Positions 12,911-25,853 of a stretch of 64,000 nt of DNA are shown here, piece after piece; position 1 is the first letter of the stretch, and every line of letters begins with the position of its first letter. Both the position numbers and the translations under genes were made by a program. This stretch comes from Eledone cirrhosa (lineage: Eukaryota), in NCBI GenBank assembly GCA_964016885.1, contig OZ024742.1, positions 321,346,001 to 321,410,000 of the forward strand. The letters run 5' to 3'. The notes beneath the pieces were generated by a model, which saw only the letters and a program-made list of their open reading frames with translations, was not told where the DNA came from and made no database searches.

Positions 12911-14821
12911 ATGGCTAACCGCCATCCAAAACAACACCGAGATCGATTACAACGCCACAACTCACCCCACACTCCCCATGTATCACCTCGACAACCCACC
13001 AACCACGAACTTGACACTAAACTACTCAGGTTGAAACATTCTATCTCTAACATCCTTTCCCAACACACACACACACACAATAAACGCAACCTCACCAATG
13101 CACAATTTAATACTCTCACCAACCTAAGATCCAGGAACCTTGTGTACCTTCCCTCTGACAAGGGGAAAGAATTCTGTGTCATCTCGAGAGACACCTACAA
13201 CAACTTAGCTCTCCAACATCTTAATGACCACAGCCTCTACTCGAAAGTCACAGGGACCTCCTCGACTCTAATCGAGGAAGGCATTAACACCATATGGACT
13301 AACATCTGTGTCCAACGAAAACTGCCAAAGAAGGTAAAAAACAACATAATGACTCGAAACAGCAAATTACCCACCTTCTACCACCTGGTCAAAACACATA
13401 AACAAGGACCCGATTTGAAAATCAGGCCCATTGTCTCTAGCATGGAGGGCCCACTCTACAAAATATCGTGGCTGCTCTCCACACTACTGAAACCTATTCT
13501 ACACACACTACCAGCCCACGTCTGCAGCTCAAAGGAAGTCTTGGAGCGACTACACCATCTGGTGCCCAACACCAGAAAGGACAACGGTTATGCCTTCAGT
13601 CTTGATGTGGTCGCCCTTTATACCTCCGTACCAGCATCCCCAGCTGTCGACCTGTTGACCGAACGAGTCCGAGCATCTAACTTACACTGCTTCGGACTCA
13701 CACACACGGACATCCACCAACTCCTCTCCTTCGTTGTGGATAATGCACTCTTCAATTTCCTCGGCCACACGTACAAACAAATCTCTGGGCTACCTATGGG
13801 CTCTAGTCTGTCCGGCATACTTGCGATCTCGTACATGGACCACCTGGAACGCAAGGCACTCAATACCTGCCAACCCAACGCCGTCGCCTTCTACTCCAGA
13901 TACGTTGATGATATCCTGATACTTACTTCTTCCCGGGAGATGGCGAATGAAATTCACCAAATCTTCAACGATACTGACCATCACGTCGATTTCACCATCG
14001 AACACCCAGGAGAAGACGGGTCACTCGCCCTCCTCGACTTCCGTATCAACATCTCGGAGGAAGGAGACATAAACACCACCTTCTACCGCAAAGCAGCGTG
14101 CAAGGACCTATTTGTGCATTATAACTCAGCCCTCCCCAACAACGCTAAGAGAGGCTATGTCCTAAATGAACTGACACGGATCACTAACAGATGCAGCGAC
14201 CCGATGGGTGGTCTCACCCATACCACGCAATTCCGTAATCTACTCAGATCTAATGGTTACCCCAAGCGACTGATTAACGGAATTAGAGACCCCAGACCCA
14301 ATAGACAGACACCCACTAGAAAACTAAATAATAGCAGGTGCTTCTTTAAAATCCCCCACCTGAGTGAATATACCACGAACGCCATCCGCAGGGCCATACG
14401 GACGGAGGGACTTGACATACATTTGGCCCACACAGGACCTTCGCTGCGAAGATGCCTCTCCAACAAACCCGACGAGTCAGATGGGACGTGTTCCCTCAGC
14501 AACTGCCCGATACGGGGGGCAGATTGCCTACGTACCTATGTCGTATATAAGATTCAATGCGATAAATGTAACAAGTTTTACATAGGTAGCACCATCCGAC
14601 CCCTACATGTTCGTATCAAGGAACATATCAACACCAACGCATCTTCCTTCCGTAAACACATCCTTAAATGCGGAAACCCACAGGGTAGACCCTTGGTCAC
14701 AGTCCTAGCGACTGAACGCAGCATCGGATCCTTAAGGATAAAGGAAGCACTTGTTATTAAGAACCTCAGACCCCCACTTAACAACCGGGCTGAGAGAAAT
14801 GAGCTGACATGGCTAACTTAA
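12911..14821 (+). CDS. Penelope-like reverse transcriptase plus GIY-YIG endonuclease, 636 aa open; the true N-terminus is frameshifted and truncated
   Basis: SDKG, LVKTHK..IRPIVS, SLDVVALYTSVP, QISGLPMGS, RYVDD, LLD, VVYKIQC..C..YIGST.R..RIKEH, KEALVI, LN. Confidence 0.9.
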   Translation: MANRHPKQHRDRLQRHNSPHTPHVSPRQPTNHELDTKLLRLKHSISNILSQHTHTHNKRNLTNAQFNTLTNLRSRNLVYLPSDKGKEFCVISRDTYNNLALQHLNDHSLYSKVTGTSSTLIEEGINTIWTNICVQRKLPKKVKNNIMTRNSKLPTFYHLVKTHKQGPDLKIRPIVSSMEGPLYKISWLLSTLLKPILHTLPAHVCSSKEVLERLHHLVPNTRKDNGYAFSLDVVALYTSVPASPAVDLLTERVRASNLHCFGLTHTDIHQLLSFVVDNALFNFLGHTYKQISGLPMGSSLSGILAISYMDHLERKALNTCQPNAVAFYSRYVDDILILTSSREMANEIHQIFNDTDHHVDFTIEHPGEDGSLALLDFRINISEEGDINTTFYRKAACKDLFVHYNSALPNNAKRGYVLNELTRITNRCSDPMGGLTHTTQFRNLLRSNGYPKRLINGIRDPRPNRQTPTRKLNNSRCFFKIPHLSEYTTNAIRRAIRTEGLDIHLAHTGPSLRRCLSNKPDESDGTCSLSNCPIRGADCLRTYVVYKIQCDKCNKFYIGSTIRPLHVRIKEHINTNASSFRKHILKCGNPQGRPLVTVLATERSIGSLRIKEALVIKNLRPPLNNRAERNELTWLT

Positions 14822-15430
14822 CCATAGTGACCATTCACAGCCTACAGCCTGCTATCTTCACACACACGCACGTATATGCATACCCATACGCATACACACA
14901 CACATCTATATTTATACACGCACACATGTTTTTACAACCTACCACCTTTCACACCCTTTGATTTCCAGCTTCTACAGCTCACTATCTTTCACACACAAAC
15001 GCACTCACACATATACACACACAGTTACACACACATGTATACCCATACTCTTACACACACACATCTATATTTATACACGCACACATATTTTACAACCTAC
15101 CACCTTTCACACCCTTTGATTTCCAACTTCTACAGCCCACTATCTTTCACACACACACACACTCACACATATACACACTTACACTTATACACACACAGTT
15201 ACACACACATATATATTTACACACACATATCTTACGGCTTTCACACGCTAGCGCACCCTCTTGATTTAACCCATTTGGTCAGTAGCTTTTGCCACAGCCT
15301 ATCACTCGCACGCGCATTCTTTCCCTCGTTTAAATTTTAAATAATTTTCTCCCCATAACGGCATTCCTGTCTTAACGACATCACAACTTTCTCCGCTTGG
15401 CCTGTTCCCCCCCCCCCCCTTTTGGAACTT

Positions 15431-15466
15431 TCCCCCGTTGATGGGCGTGAGCCCGAAATATTGGGA
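15431..15466 (+). ncRNA. Degenerate minimal hammerhead of the upstream PLE
   Basis: tccc-CCGTTGA-t-GGGC/gtga/GCCC-GAAA-ta-TT-ggga; stems intact, two core deviations. Confidence 0.55.
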
Positions 15467-15625
15467 TTAAATCTCTACTACGGTAACCCTTCTACCTTTG
15501 TTTTGTTTTCATCTTTGTCTCTCTCAATTTTCACTTTCACCTGTTTTTCCTATCTATCTTTCACTTCCTACCTCGAGATTTACCTCGAGATTTCCCTCTG
15601 CATTGTTGTGGCTTTCTTAAATACG

Positions 15626-15676
<51 letters not shown>

Positions 15677-16068
15677 CACACACACATACAATCATACATA
15701 TATACACACGTACATACACACACATACATACACACATATATACACGCATACATACGCACACACACAATTAATTATAAGAAAAATAATAATAAAAAATAAA
15801 AATAAAACACAATGGACAACCGTATATGCAAATGGCCGTCACATCAATATAAAAATGAAAAATAAAAAATATACGACTTGAGAAAATAAAAATAAAAATT
15901 ATTATAAAGTTGACAGTGATACAGGAAAGGACACAAATAAATAAATAAACACACGCGGTAAGCAATACACACATTTACACATACACATACATACATATAA
16001 ATATATACATACACACACACACATACATACACACACATATACATATATATACATACACATACATACAC

Positions 16069-16165
<97 letters not shown>

Positions 16166-16669
16166 AAAATACATAAATATAAAAATAAAAAGGTGGAAGG
16201 GGTAAACAAATAGTTGGGAATACGACAAATAATAAATAAATAAATAAATAGATAAAGGTATAAATGTTTATAGCTGATTTAGAGCACTCAACAAGTTCCT
16301 AGAGCAAATAATCAATGAAAATAAACATTAAATCACTCTGTATGTAATTATGCATACAGATATATATAATTATATACACACATATATATATATATATACA
16401 CATACACATATACACAACACATACATACACACAGAAATAAATATCTATAAATAAAAAAGGTGGGTATGTAAAGGGTAAGGTAGAAAGTAGGGGGGAATAA
16501 GGAAAATAAATAACATAGGAAAGAGTTTAAATATAAGTGGAGATAAGGGAGAAAGAGTACAGAAAGTGAGTTCAGAGAGTAATAAAAATCGTAGTGGATG
16601 TAAGGCGTAGAGAGCAGAGAAGAAGTTCAAGGTGGTTGAGTCATCGTAGGAATGTCAATGCAGTTACAG

Positions 16670-17115
16670 ATCAGATGTGATGTGTGACTTAGTAGGATTA
16701 TTCCTTCTCCACACCCTTAAAGAGAAATATCCTTCCCATAATATCGGTTTATACCGTGACGACGGATTGGCAGTTTCTCATACCACTAACGGCCATAACC
16801 TTGATAAATTCCGTAAAGATTTAATCAATACTTTTTCTAATCTTAACCTTAAAATTACTATAGATACGAACCTTACGAATGCTAACTTTCTTGACATTAA
16901 TCTTGATCTACTTACCGCCTCTTTTAAACCTTATCATAAGCCTAATGAAAATCTTGCCATCCCCCTATAGTTTTTAAAAATCTTATTCCCAACATTAGCC
17001 GTAGGATTTCTACCTTATCTTCGTCTCTAGACATTTTTAACAAAGCCAGCCCTTATTATAATAAAGCCCTTAATAACAGCGGCTTTACAGAACACATTAA
17101 TTATTTACCTACTCC
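16670..17115 (+). pseudogene. Naiad-type PLE reverse transcriptase fragment
   Basis: CDLVGLFLL..IGLYRDDGL..NFLDINLDL..PYHKPN, then after a frameshift HPPIVFKNLIPNISRRISTLSS..YNKALNNSGF. Confidence 0.88.
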
Positions 17116-17379
17116 TAAGTCATATATTTTTTATTTTTCATTTTTATATTGATGTGACGGCCTTTTGCATATACGGTTGTCCATTGTGTTTTATTTTTAT
17201 TTTTTATTATTATTTTTTATTATAATTAATTGTGTGTGCGTATGTAGGTGTGTGTACATATATCTATATATGTGTGTTCGTATGTATGCGTGTATATATG
17301 TGTGTATGTATGTGTGTGTATGTACGTGTGTATATATGTATGATTGTATGTGTGTGTATATGTATATATATATATATAC

Positions 17380-17429
<50 letters not shown>

Positions 17430-17512
17430 GTATATATATATGTATACGTGTGTGTGTGTTTGTGTATTTGTGTGTATATGTATGTATGGATATGTATATA
17501 TATATATGTATG

Positions 17513-17635
<123 letters not shown>

Positions 17636-17651
17636 CTCCTCCTCATAAAAA

Positions 17652-18207
17652 ATGGCTCATATATCTCCTCCTCCAAAAAAGATTTTCTAACCAGGAAGGG
17701 TATGGCATGGTCAACGTACAATGACATGCACGCCATATGGACATCTCAACTTACCAACAAGCTAAAACTGGAAATATTCCAAGCAACCATTAAGCCCATG
17801 TTACTTTATGGATCCGAAACTTGGACACTAACATCAAAACTTGAGAGGAGATTGGATGGCACATATACCCGCCTCTTAATGAGAGTGTAAAATCTATCCT
17901 GGAAACGACATCCCACCTTGTCTAAAATCTATGGCAAACTCCCTCGAGCCTGTTCCCTTCTAAAATCCCGGAGAGCTCAATTTGCTGGCCACTGTCACCG
18001 TGCCAGCAATGAAATCATATCCGCTCTCTTGCTCTGGAACCCTGACTCCAGCCTGACGAGGAGGAGGAAGCTGTCATTCCCTGACGTTATCTCTAGGGAT
18101 ACGGGAATCAGTAGACAGGACCTGGGGGCAGCGATGGGGGACAGGTAATTCTGGGGCATGAGAGTGAGATCCATCATCTCGACAGTAGTCGACGAATGAT
18201 GATGATG
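17652..18207 (+). mobile_element. RTE-clade (RTE-X-like) LINE 3' fragment with (GAT)n tail
   Basis: [41 protein letters not shown], with an in-frame stop. Confidence 0.88.
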
Positions 18208-18219
18208 TGTATATATATA

Positions 18220-18270
<51 letters not shown>

Positions 18271-18334
18271 ATATGTATATATATATATATATATGAATAT
18301 ATGTGTGTATGTATATGTGTGTGTGTGTGTGTGT

Positions 18335-18620
18335 GTGCATGTGTGTTTATCTACTTTTATATTTATTCTGTTTCCTTTCCTTCTTCCTTTTCCAGCCTCA
18401 CTTTCATATAGATATATTTTTGTTTTTAAAATCCACTGTCAGTAAATACACCAGGATTTTTTCATTCTGATGACTGAAAGCAAATTTTGTTTGCTTTCAA
18501 GAAACCACTGGTAAATGAAATAATTATCTTATGTTGTTTATTTCATAACTATTAAGCTCTGTAACCTACATAGAGCACTCTATTTACCTGGACCTTTCCG
18601 ACGGAATTACTTCATTCACA
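18335..18620 (+). mobile_element. Family B HHR module with intact HHR at 18460-18520
   Basis: 7-bp stem I, about 10-bp stem II, complete core. The tail also occurs at about 1451-1523. Confidence 0.85.
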
Positions 18621-18623
18621 CAC

Positions 18624-18679
<56 letters not shown>

Positions 18680-18680
<1 letters not shown>

Positions 18681-18860
18681 CAAAGGAGTTGTTGTAAGGA
18701 ACCAGATGGACCATACCGCACCAGAGTACTCAATACTTAGGGTAGTAGAGTGGGAAATAGGAAAAATATGACCCCGACGGCAGAGCTCAAGCCGTTTCGA
18801 CGGCTAGTCCAGAAATAGCCGGCGAAACGGCTTGAGCTCTGCCGTCGTGGTCATACTTTT

Positions 18861-18865
<5 letters not shown>
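18680..18865 (-). mobile_element. Family H copy 2 (palindrome 18757-18865)
   Basis: Homology to 11163-11357. Confidence 0.85.
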
Positions 18866-18908
<43 letters not shown>

Positions 18909-19030
18909 TGAGAGAGAGAGGGATTGAATGAGACATATAGACAGAAAGCGGGCATACACGCCAAATAATAATAAAAAGTCGTGTGAATGGACAGAGAGGT
19001 AGGTAGATAGGTAGATAGATAGATAGATAA

Positions 19031-19108
<78 letters not shown>

Positions 19109-19502
19109 GCTTTTTTTAGATGAATGGGTGGATGGATGAATAAATGGATTGGTGTGTAGATGGACGGTTATATAGATGGATGTAAAGGGGATAAACAAGA
19201 GACGGCAATGCCGATAGTAAAATAAACCGTAAGACGTGGAGATAAATTGTAGAATTATTTAATAAATTGAGATAAACATGCGTTGATTTTGTAAGAAACA
19301 AAATGGAAGGAAAGTAGACAAGATTGCCCGAGGCCCGGATGTGTCCAACTAATTTGATAGGTTGTTACAATGGAAGATATATGAAATGGTACGAACAATA
19401 AACGATCGTGGGTTTGTTGAGCTTGTGGTTGTTATGGTTACGCCTGCGTATGGTTCTTCGTGGAGTTCTTGCTAGTGGTGATGATGATCAAGATGATGAT
19501 AA

Positions 19503-19725
19503 TGATTGGCTGAATCGGTAGAGCGTGACACCATGCTTAGCGACATAGAGTTATGGCCCTTTATGATCTGAGTTCAAATCCCGCCGAGGTTAACTTCGCC
19601 CTTCATCCTTACGGGGTCGATAAAATAAAGTACCAGTTACGCACTGGGGTCGATTTAATCGACTTTTTCCTCCCCCTAAATTGCTGGCCTTGTGCCTAAA
19701 GTAGAAACCATTATTATTATTATTA
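19503..19725 (+). mobile_element. SINE family 1 with (ATT)n tail
   Basis: A/B boxes, conserved core, and tail gctggccttgtgcctaaagtagaaac. Confidence 0.9.
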
Positions 19726-20049
19726 CTCAATAGGTTGAGAAAGTGGACAGGAGAGAGAGAGAGAGAGTAGAAGTAAAATAGGGGTAACAATTGGTTCATT
19801 ATTGACATACTAAGAGATGAGAGATAATTAAGATATTGGCTTAAATGAGATAGGTGCGATAACACTATAAGACACAATAAGTAGGAAGCAAACATTGTTT
19901 GGAGTTAGACAAGACCTTTTTTATCTAGAGCCGGTGTAAAGGTGTTTAGTACCTTCTCCCACTTATGTGCCCTCTTTTGACAGCTGTGCGCCTTCTTCCA
20001 AATAAAATAATTTCAACTTACAGTTTGGCAAACTGATGAAACCATGCTA

Positions 20050-20420
20050 ATAAAATTATTAAGCCAACAATTTCCACTTCTTTTCGATCTTCCAAATCGC
20101 CTTCATACATCAGGTTTCCAGAGAAGAACTCTGCCAGCAGGTTCAGTGTGACGTTTTACATGCCCAGCTAATGTATGCCTCCACCGCCTTATGATCTTAG
20201 AAAGGCAAGGGTGTAAACCGAAGAGCGACTTGCTTCGTATGTGTTCCAGATAATGCTTCGGATCTCTCTCGGCATTCGTATGTATGAGTCTTTTAATCTT
20301 CTTTGTGAGTGTTTTTGTTAGTGTCCATAACTCCCATCAGTAAAGGACAATGGACTCAGCCGTTGTTTTGAATAGCCTCGTTTTGGTTGTTTTCTTGCTC
20401 GGAGATATCTAGTAGAATGC
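20050..20420 (-). pseudogene. Degenerate RTE-X-like LINE fragment
   Basis: KTRLFKTTAESIVLY*WELWTLTKTL parallels the 17652 fragment. Confidence 0.65.
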
Positions 20421-20589
20421 TAATTCATTTTTGATATTTCAGTTAAGGATATTCCTGTTGATCACGACAGAACCAGTCCCGTGGTTGTTTAAGAGTCTCC
20501 AAAGGCAAGATATACGTGGGTATAGTTTCAGAGAGAGAGAGAGTGGGGTGAGAAAAATATATAGAAAAAGTAATAAATTCCAGTATGGG

Positions 20590-20722
20590 ATTGGTACATA
20601 TTTTATCGACCTCGAAAGGATGAAAGGTAAAGTTGACCTCGGCGGAATTTGAACTCAGAGAGCCGAGAGACAGTATGAATACCACCCAGCATTCTATTCG
20701 ACATTCTAACGACTCTGCCAAA
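20590..20722 (-). mobile_element. SINE family 1, partial
   Basis: B-box and core on the minus strand. Confidence 0.8.
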
Positions 20723-20744
20723 TCTTCTTTTTCACTCACTTATT

Positions 20745-21445
20745 CCTGAGAGGGTCGTGAGGGCAGAGTCCTCAAACACTCCTTCCAACGGGTCCTGTCA
20801 GAAGCAACCGTCTCCAACTGATTCGACTAGATCCCCAAACGAGACCAGCCGAGCTCATGGGTGTTACCCAGCCATCTTGCTCGAGGTCTACCTCTGGGTC
20901 TCCTGCCCCTAAAATCTGTCCAGCGATTCTTTCCTAAGACATTCTGTACGCATGCCTATAGCATCGGAGCTGTGATCTCTGAATTCAGAGAGGTAGCGGC
21001 TCTACCTGGAGTGACTCTCTCATCTCCGAGCTACACACTCTATCGAGTAACCTTACTCCATAGAACCTTCAGAGGAACCCAATTTCGGCCGCTTGTATTC
21101 GCGATCGTAGTCTTTCGGTCATTAACGAAGATTTATGACCATAGGTAAGGGTTAGTACGAATACCGAATTGAAGATAGTGAGTTTAGCTTTTACACCTAC
21201 CTTCCTTCTTCTAATTACCGAAGCTGGCGCATTACTGCACCAGCTCCTGCAATTCTTGCACTTAATTCAGCCTCCTACCTTCCATCACTCGTAAACACGG
21301 CTCTGAGATACTCGAACTTCTCCACTTGTTTCAGTGGAACTCCATTCACACGTAACGTGCTCTGCTCAGGCTTCCTTGGGCGGATGAGTGTCTCAGTTTT
21401 CGCAGCACTGATTTTCATTCCAGCCATGTAGCACTCGCCATTAAA
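20745..21445 (-). pseudogene. RTE LINE 3' fragment
   Basis: MKISAAKTE..LKQVEKFEYLRAVFTSDGR..LTYGH..RSRIQAAEIGFL, with stops. Confidence 0.85.
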
Positions 21446-21990
21446 TCAAAGATGGCAATTGTGTAATAACCCGGGTATAGACAATAAAACAGACTTAGTA
21501 TTCAAAAGAGGGTCTATTTTATTGAGATCTGAACTGAAGACACACAGGTAAATCTTTTTTAAATTCTGTAGAACATTTTCATTCAGCATTGTAAACTAAT
21601 TCTTCATTTCAGAAGGTTTTTTTGTTGTTGTTTTTTTATTGCATATTAATTATGACATTACATCGAAATAGATATAGTTTATTTAGAATCAACAGTAAGC
21701 CTACGGTGATTTAATAACTGTATGGGGCTTCGGAAAACATGCATTTTTACTGCCAGCGAACATTCAGCCTTGTACACTTTAGAGTGCACTTAATAACGAG
21801 CATGATGTCTACATGCACACGCACATATTTATATATATGTGTGTATATATATATGTATATATATATGTATATATATATATATATATCTATGTGTGTGTAT
21901 ATATATATATATATTTGTATATATATATATATATATGTATACATATGTGTATATATATATATATATTATATATATATATATATACATATT

Positions 21991-22059
<69 letters not shown>

Positions 22060-22086
22060 AATATATATATATATATACACACACAT

Positions 22087-22130
<44 letters not shown>

Positions 22131-22141
22131 TTATATATATA

Positions 22142-22185
<44 letters not shown>

Positions 22186-22246
22186 TATATGTGTATACAC
22201 ATGTGTATATATATATATATATATATAATATATATATGTTATACAC

Positions 22247-22316
<70 letters not shown>

Positions 22317-22380
22317 TATGTGTATACACACATATATATATATATATACACATGTGTATACATAAAGTGAGGGAGAGAGA

Positions 22381-22469
<89 letters not shown>

Positions 22470-22649
22470 TCAGTAATGTCACTCTATCACCGCGTATTTA
22501 CGTAAACAATTGATATGTAAAAAACACCACCACCAACAACAACAACAACAAACACAAGGAAATTAATAAATAACGGAAGAAAAACAATATTAGATTAAAA
22601 TACATGTCCATACAGACACTTACACATACATATACACACACACAGATGT

Positions 22650-22680
<31 letters not shown>

Positions 22681-22741
22681 GTGTGTATGAATATATATAT
22701 GTATGTATACCTCTATATATATATAGAGGTATACATACATT

Positions 22742-22836
<95 letters not shown>

Positions 22837-22863
22837 ATATATATATATGTATATATATATATA

Positions 22864-23562
22864 TAATTGTGTGTGTGTGAATATATGTGTTTCTGTATGT
22901 GTGCGTGTGTATATATATATGTATATATATATGTATATATATATGTATATATATATATAATTGTGTGTGTGTGAATATATGTGTTTCTGTATGTGTGCGT
23001 GTGTATATATATATGTATATATATATGTATATATATATATATATATAATTGTGTGTGTGTGAATATATGTGTTTCTGTATGTGTGCGTGTGTATATATGT
23101 ATATATATATGTATATATATATATAATTGTGTGTGTGTGAATATATGTGTTTCTGTATGTGTGCGTGTGTATATATATATGTATATATATATGTATATAT
23201 ATATATATATATATATAATTGTGTGTGTGTGAATATATGTGTTTTTGTATGTGTGCGTGTGTATATATATATGTATGTATATATATATATAATTGTGTGT
23301 GTGTGAATATATGTGTTTCTGTATGTGTGCGTGTGTATATATATATGTATATATATATGTATATATATATATATATATAATTGTGTGTGTGTGAATATAT
23401 GTGTTTCTGTATGTGTGAGTGTGTATATATATATGTATATATATATATATATATATATAATTGTGTGTGTGTGAATATATGTGTTTCTGTATGTGTGCGT
23501 GTGTATATATATATGTATATATATATGTATATATATATATATATAATTGTGTGTGTGTGTGT
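22864..23562. repeat. Minisatellite with about 75-95-bp units (ataattgtgtgtgtgtgaatatatgtgtttctgtatgtgtgcgtgtg plus variable TA), about 8 copies
   Basis: Directly visible tandem units. Confidence 0.9.
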
Positions 23563-23840
23563 GTAGCTTCCCTCGCAAATTAGGCTACAGATCGAGCTGA
23601 GACAAGAACACCTGTAATTAGGCGCTCATGCTTAAACATATATATATATACATAAATACATATAGATTATTAAATATATATATATATATATGTATATGTG
23701 TGTGTATGTATATATGTGTGTGTGTGTATAGGTATGTGTACATATATATATGTATGTATGTGTGTATATATATAGAGAGAGAGATGCATTTCTTTATTTC
23801 CTTCCCCCCTCTCTCTCATTCTCTCTCTCTGTATATATAT

Positions 23841-23891
<51 letters not shown>

Positions 23892-23984
23892 CACAACTTA
23901 AACTACATCTTACGTGGAAGTGATATTATGTAAATGAATACATAGAGAAAGTTTGTTAGATGCACATACACAATTATATGTACG

Positions 23985-24480
23985 CACACACATACATACA
24001 TACATACATGCATGCATACATACACACATATACATACATACATACATACATACATACACACATACATACATACATACATACATACATACATACATACATA
24101 CATACATACACACATACATACATACATACACACATGCATACATACATACATACATACATACATACATACATACATACATACACACACACATGCATACATA
24201 CATACATACATACATACATACATACATACATACATGCATACATACACACATATACATACATACATACACACATACATACATACATACACACATGCATACA
24301 TACAGCCATATACATACATACATACATACATACATACATGCATACATACATACATACACACATGCATACATACATACATACATACATACACACACACATA
24401 CATACATACATACATACATACATACATACATACATACATACATACATACATACATACATACATACATACATACATACGCA
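23985..24480. repeat. (CATA)n microsatellite
   Basis: Directly visible. Confidence 0.95.
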
Positions 24481-24929
24481 CATACGCACACATAGACATT
24501 CACATAGCTGGAAGTGCGACAGCGGGCGCGCGGAATATCCAGGCCATTGAGCAATAAAGGAGAAATGTCGACTCACGTGATTAGGTACAGGTCATTTAGT
24601 GCAGTTTTCAATATTGTCCGCCATTTTGTTACTTACGTTTATATACATTCAGATATGTATGTGTGATTTTGTGCATATGTGCGTGCGCGTACACACACAT
24701 ATATACCCAGATATACACATAATATATCAATAAACATGGATGAACCTATCAATATACAGAAATACATATATATATATATGTGTGTATGTGTGTGTGTGTG
24801 TGTGTATGTGTGTGTGTGCGTGTGTGTGTGTGTGTGTGTGCGCGGGCACACACACACATATACTCAGATATACACATAACATATCAATAAACATAGATGA
24901 ACCAAGCAATATACAGAAATACACATATG

Positions 24930-24972
<43 letters not shown>

Positions 24973-25624
24973 ATGTGTGTGTGTGTGTGTGTGTGTAGCT
25001 TTCCACGCAAATATATTGAATTTCTTGAAGGCGGCGGAGAGGTTCTATACGGTTTTTCATCTTGCTAGAAATAACAGCTTAGTCACATTACGTTAACGTG
25101 TGCAGGGCAAATAATTTCTACGCCCCATTCACCTCCATCTAATGTTTGTTATGTTTTACAATGATTTTGACAAGAACACTCTACATGTAATATTTCATAT
25201 CATGGGGGAGCTGAAGCAGCTCTACCATTAAAGTCAACCGACTGTGACGTAAACCTCAACGGAGCGCTTTACTGAACCGTATATTTGTATAATTAACTTT
25301 GTATAGCCAACTTAAATGTACAATAATTTGATGCAGTCAATAAACATAACACTAAATATCTTTGCTGTGTAGTTGTGTTGTTGAAATATCGAAAGCGGGT
25401 GAGTGTGGACTATGTAGTGCAAAATGAAGGTTTAGTAATTTTCTTAGTGTGGTCAGTGTAAGAAATGTCAAAAACGAGTTTCGTTAGTTTTTCAATCTGT
25501 AAGTTGAAATTATTTTGTTTGGGAGAATAGTGTGACCAGGTAGAGAAGCGTCAAAAACTTGGTTTTCCAAGCTATAATTTGAAATCATTTCATTTGGTAG
25601 AATAGCGCATGTAACTGGCAGACG

Positions 25625-25841
25625 CTATAAAAGACAGGTTCTGTGAGTTGCTAATGCTCACTACCTCCCAAATGAACGACAGTGACTACATAATTATTGG
25701 TAACCTTAATGGTCATGTTGGACAACATTGTGATGGCTATGACGGAATCCATGGGGTTATGGATTTGGTACTAGAAATGGGGAAGGATGCAGGATCCTGG
25801 AATTATGTGATGCTAATAACCTAACTATCTGTAACACAAAC
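25625..25841 (+). pseudogene. RTE LINE APE-endonuclease region, left part, interrupted by Tx1
   Basis: GYGFGTRNGEGCRILELCDANNLTICNT, which continues at 31251. Confidence 0.85.
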
Positions 25842-25853
25842 AACAACGATGCT

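Larger units (their letters stand above)
12807..15630 (+). mobile_element. 5'-truncated Penelope-like element (Cys-rich linker, Neptune/Nematis-like) with 3' UTR and degenerate HHR
   Basis: N-terminal ELLRLGPKF in a different frame from 12807, main ORF to 14821, HHR-like motif at 15431-15466, ends at (TA)n. Confidence 0.85.
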
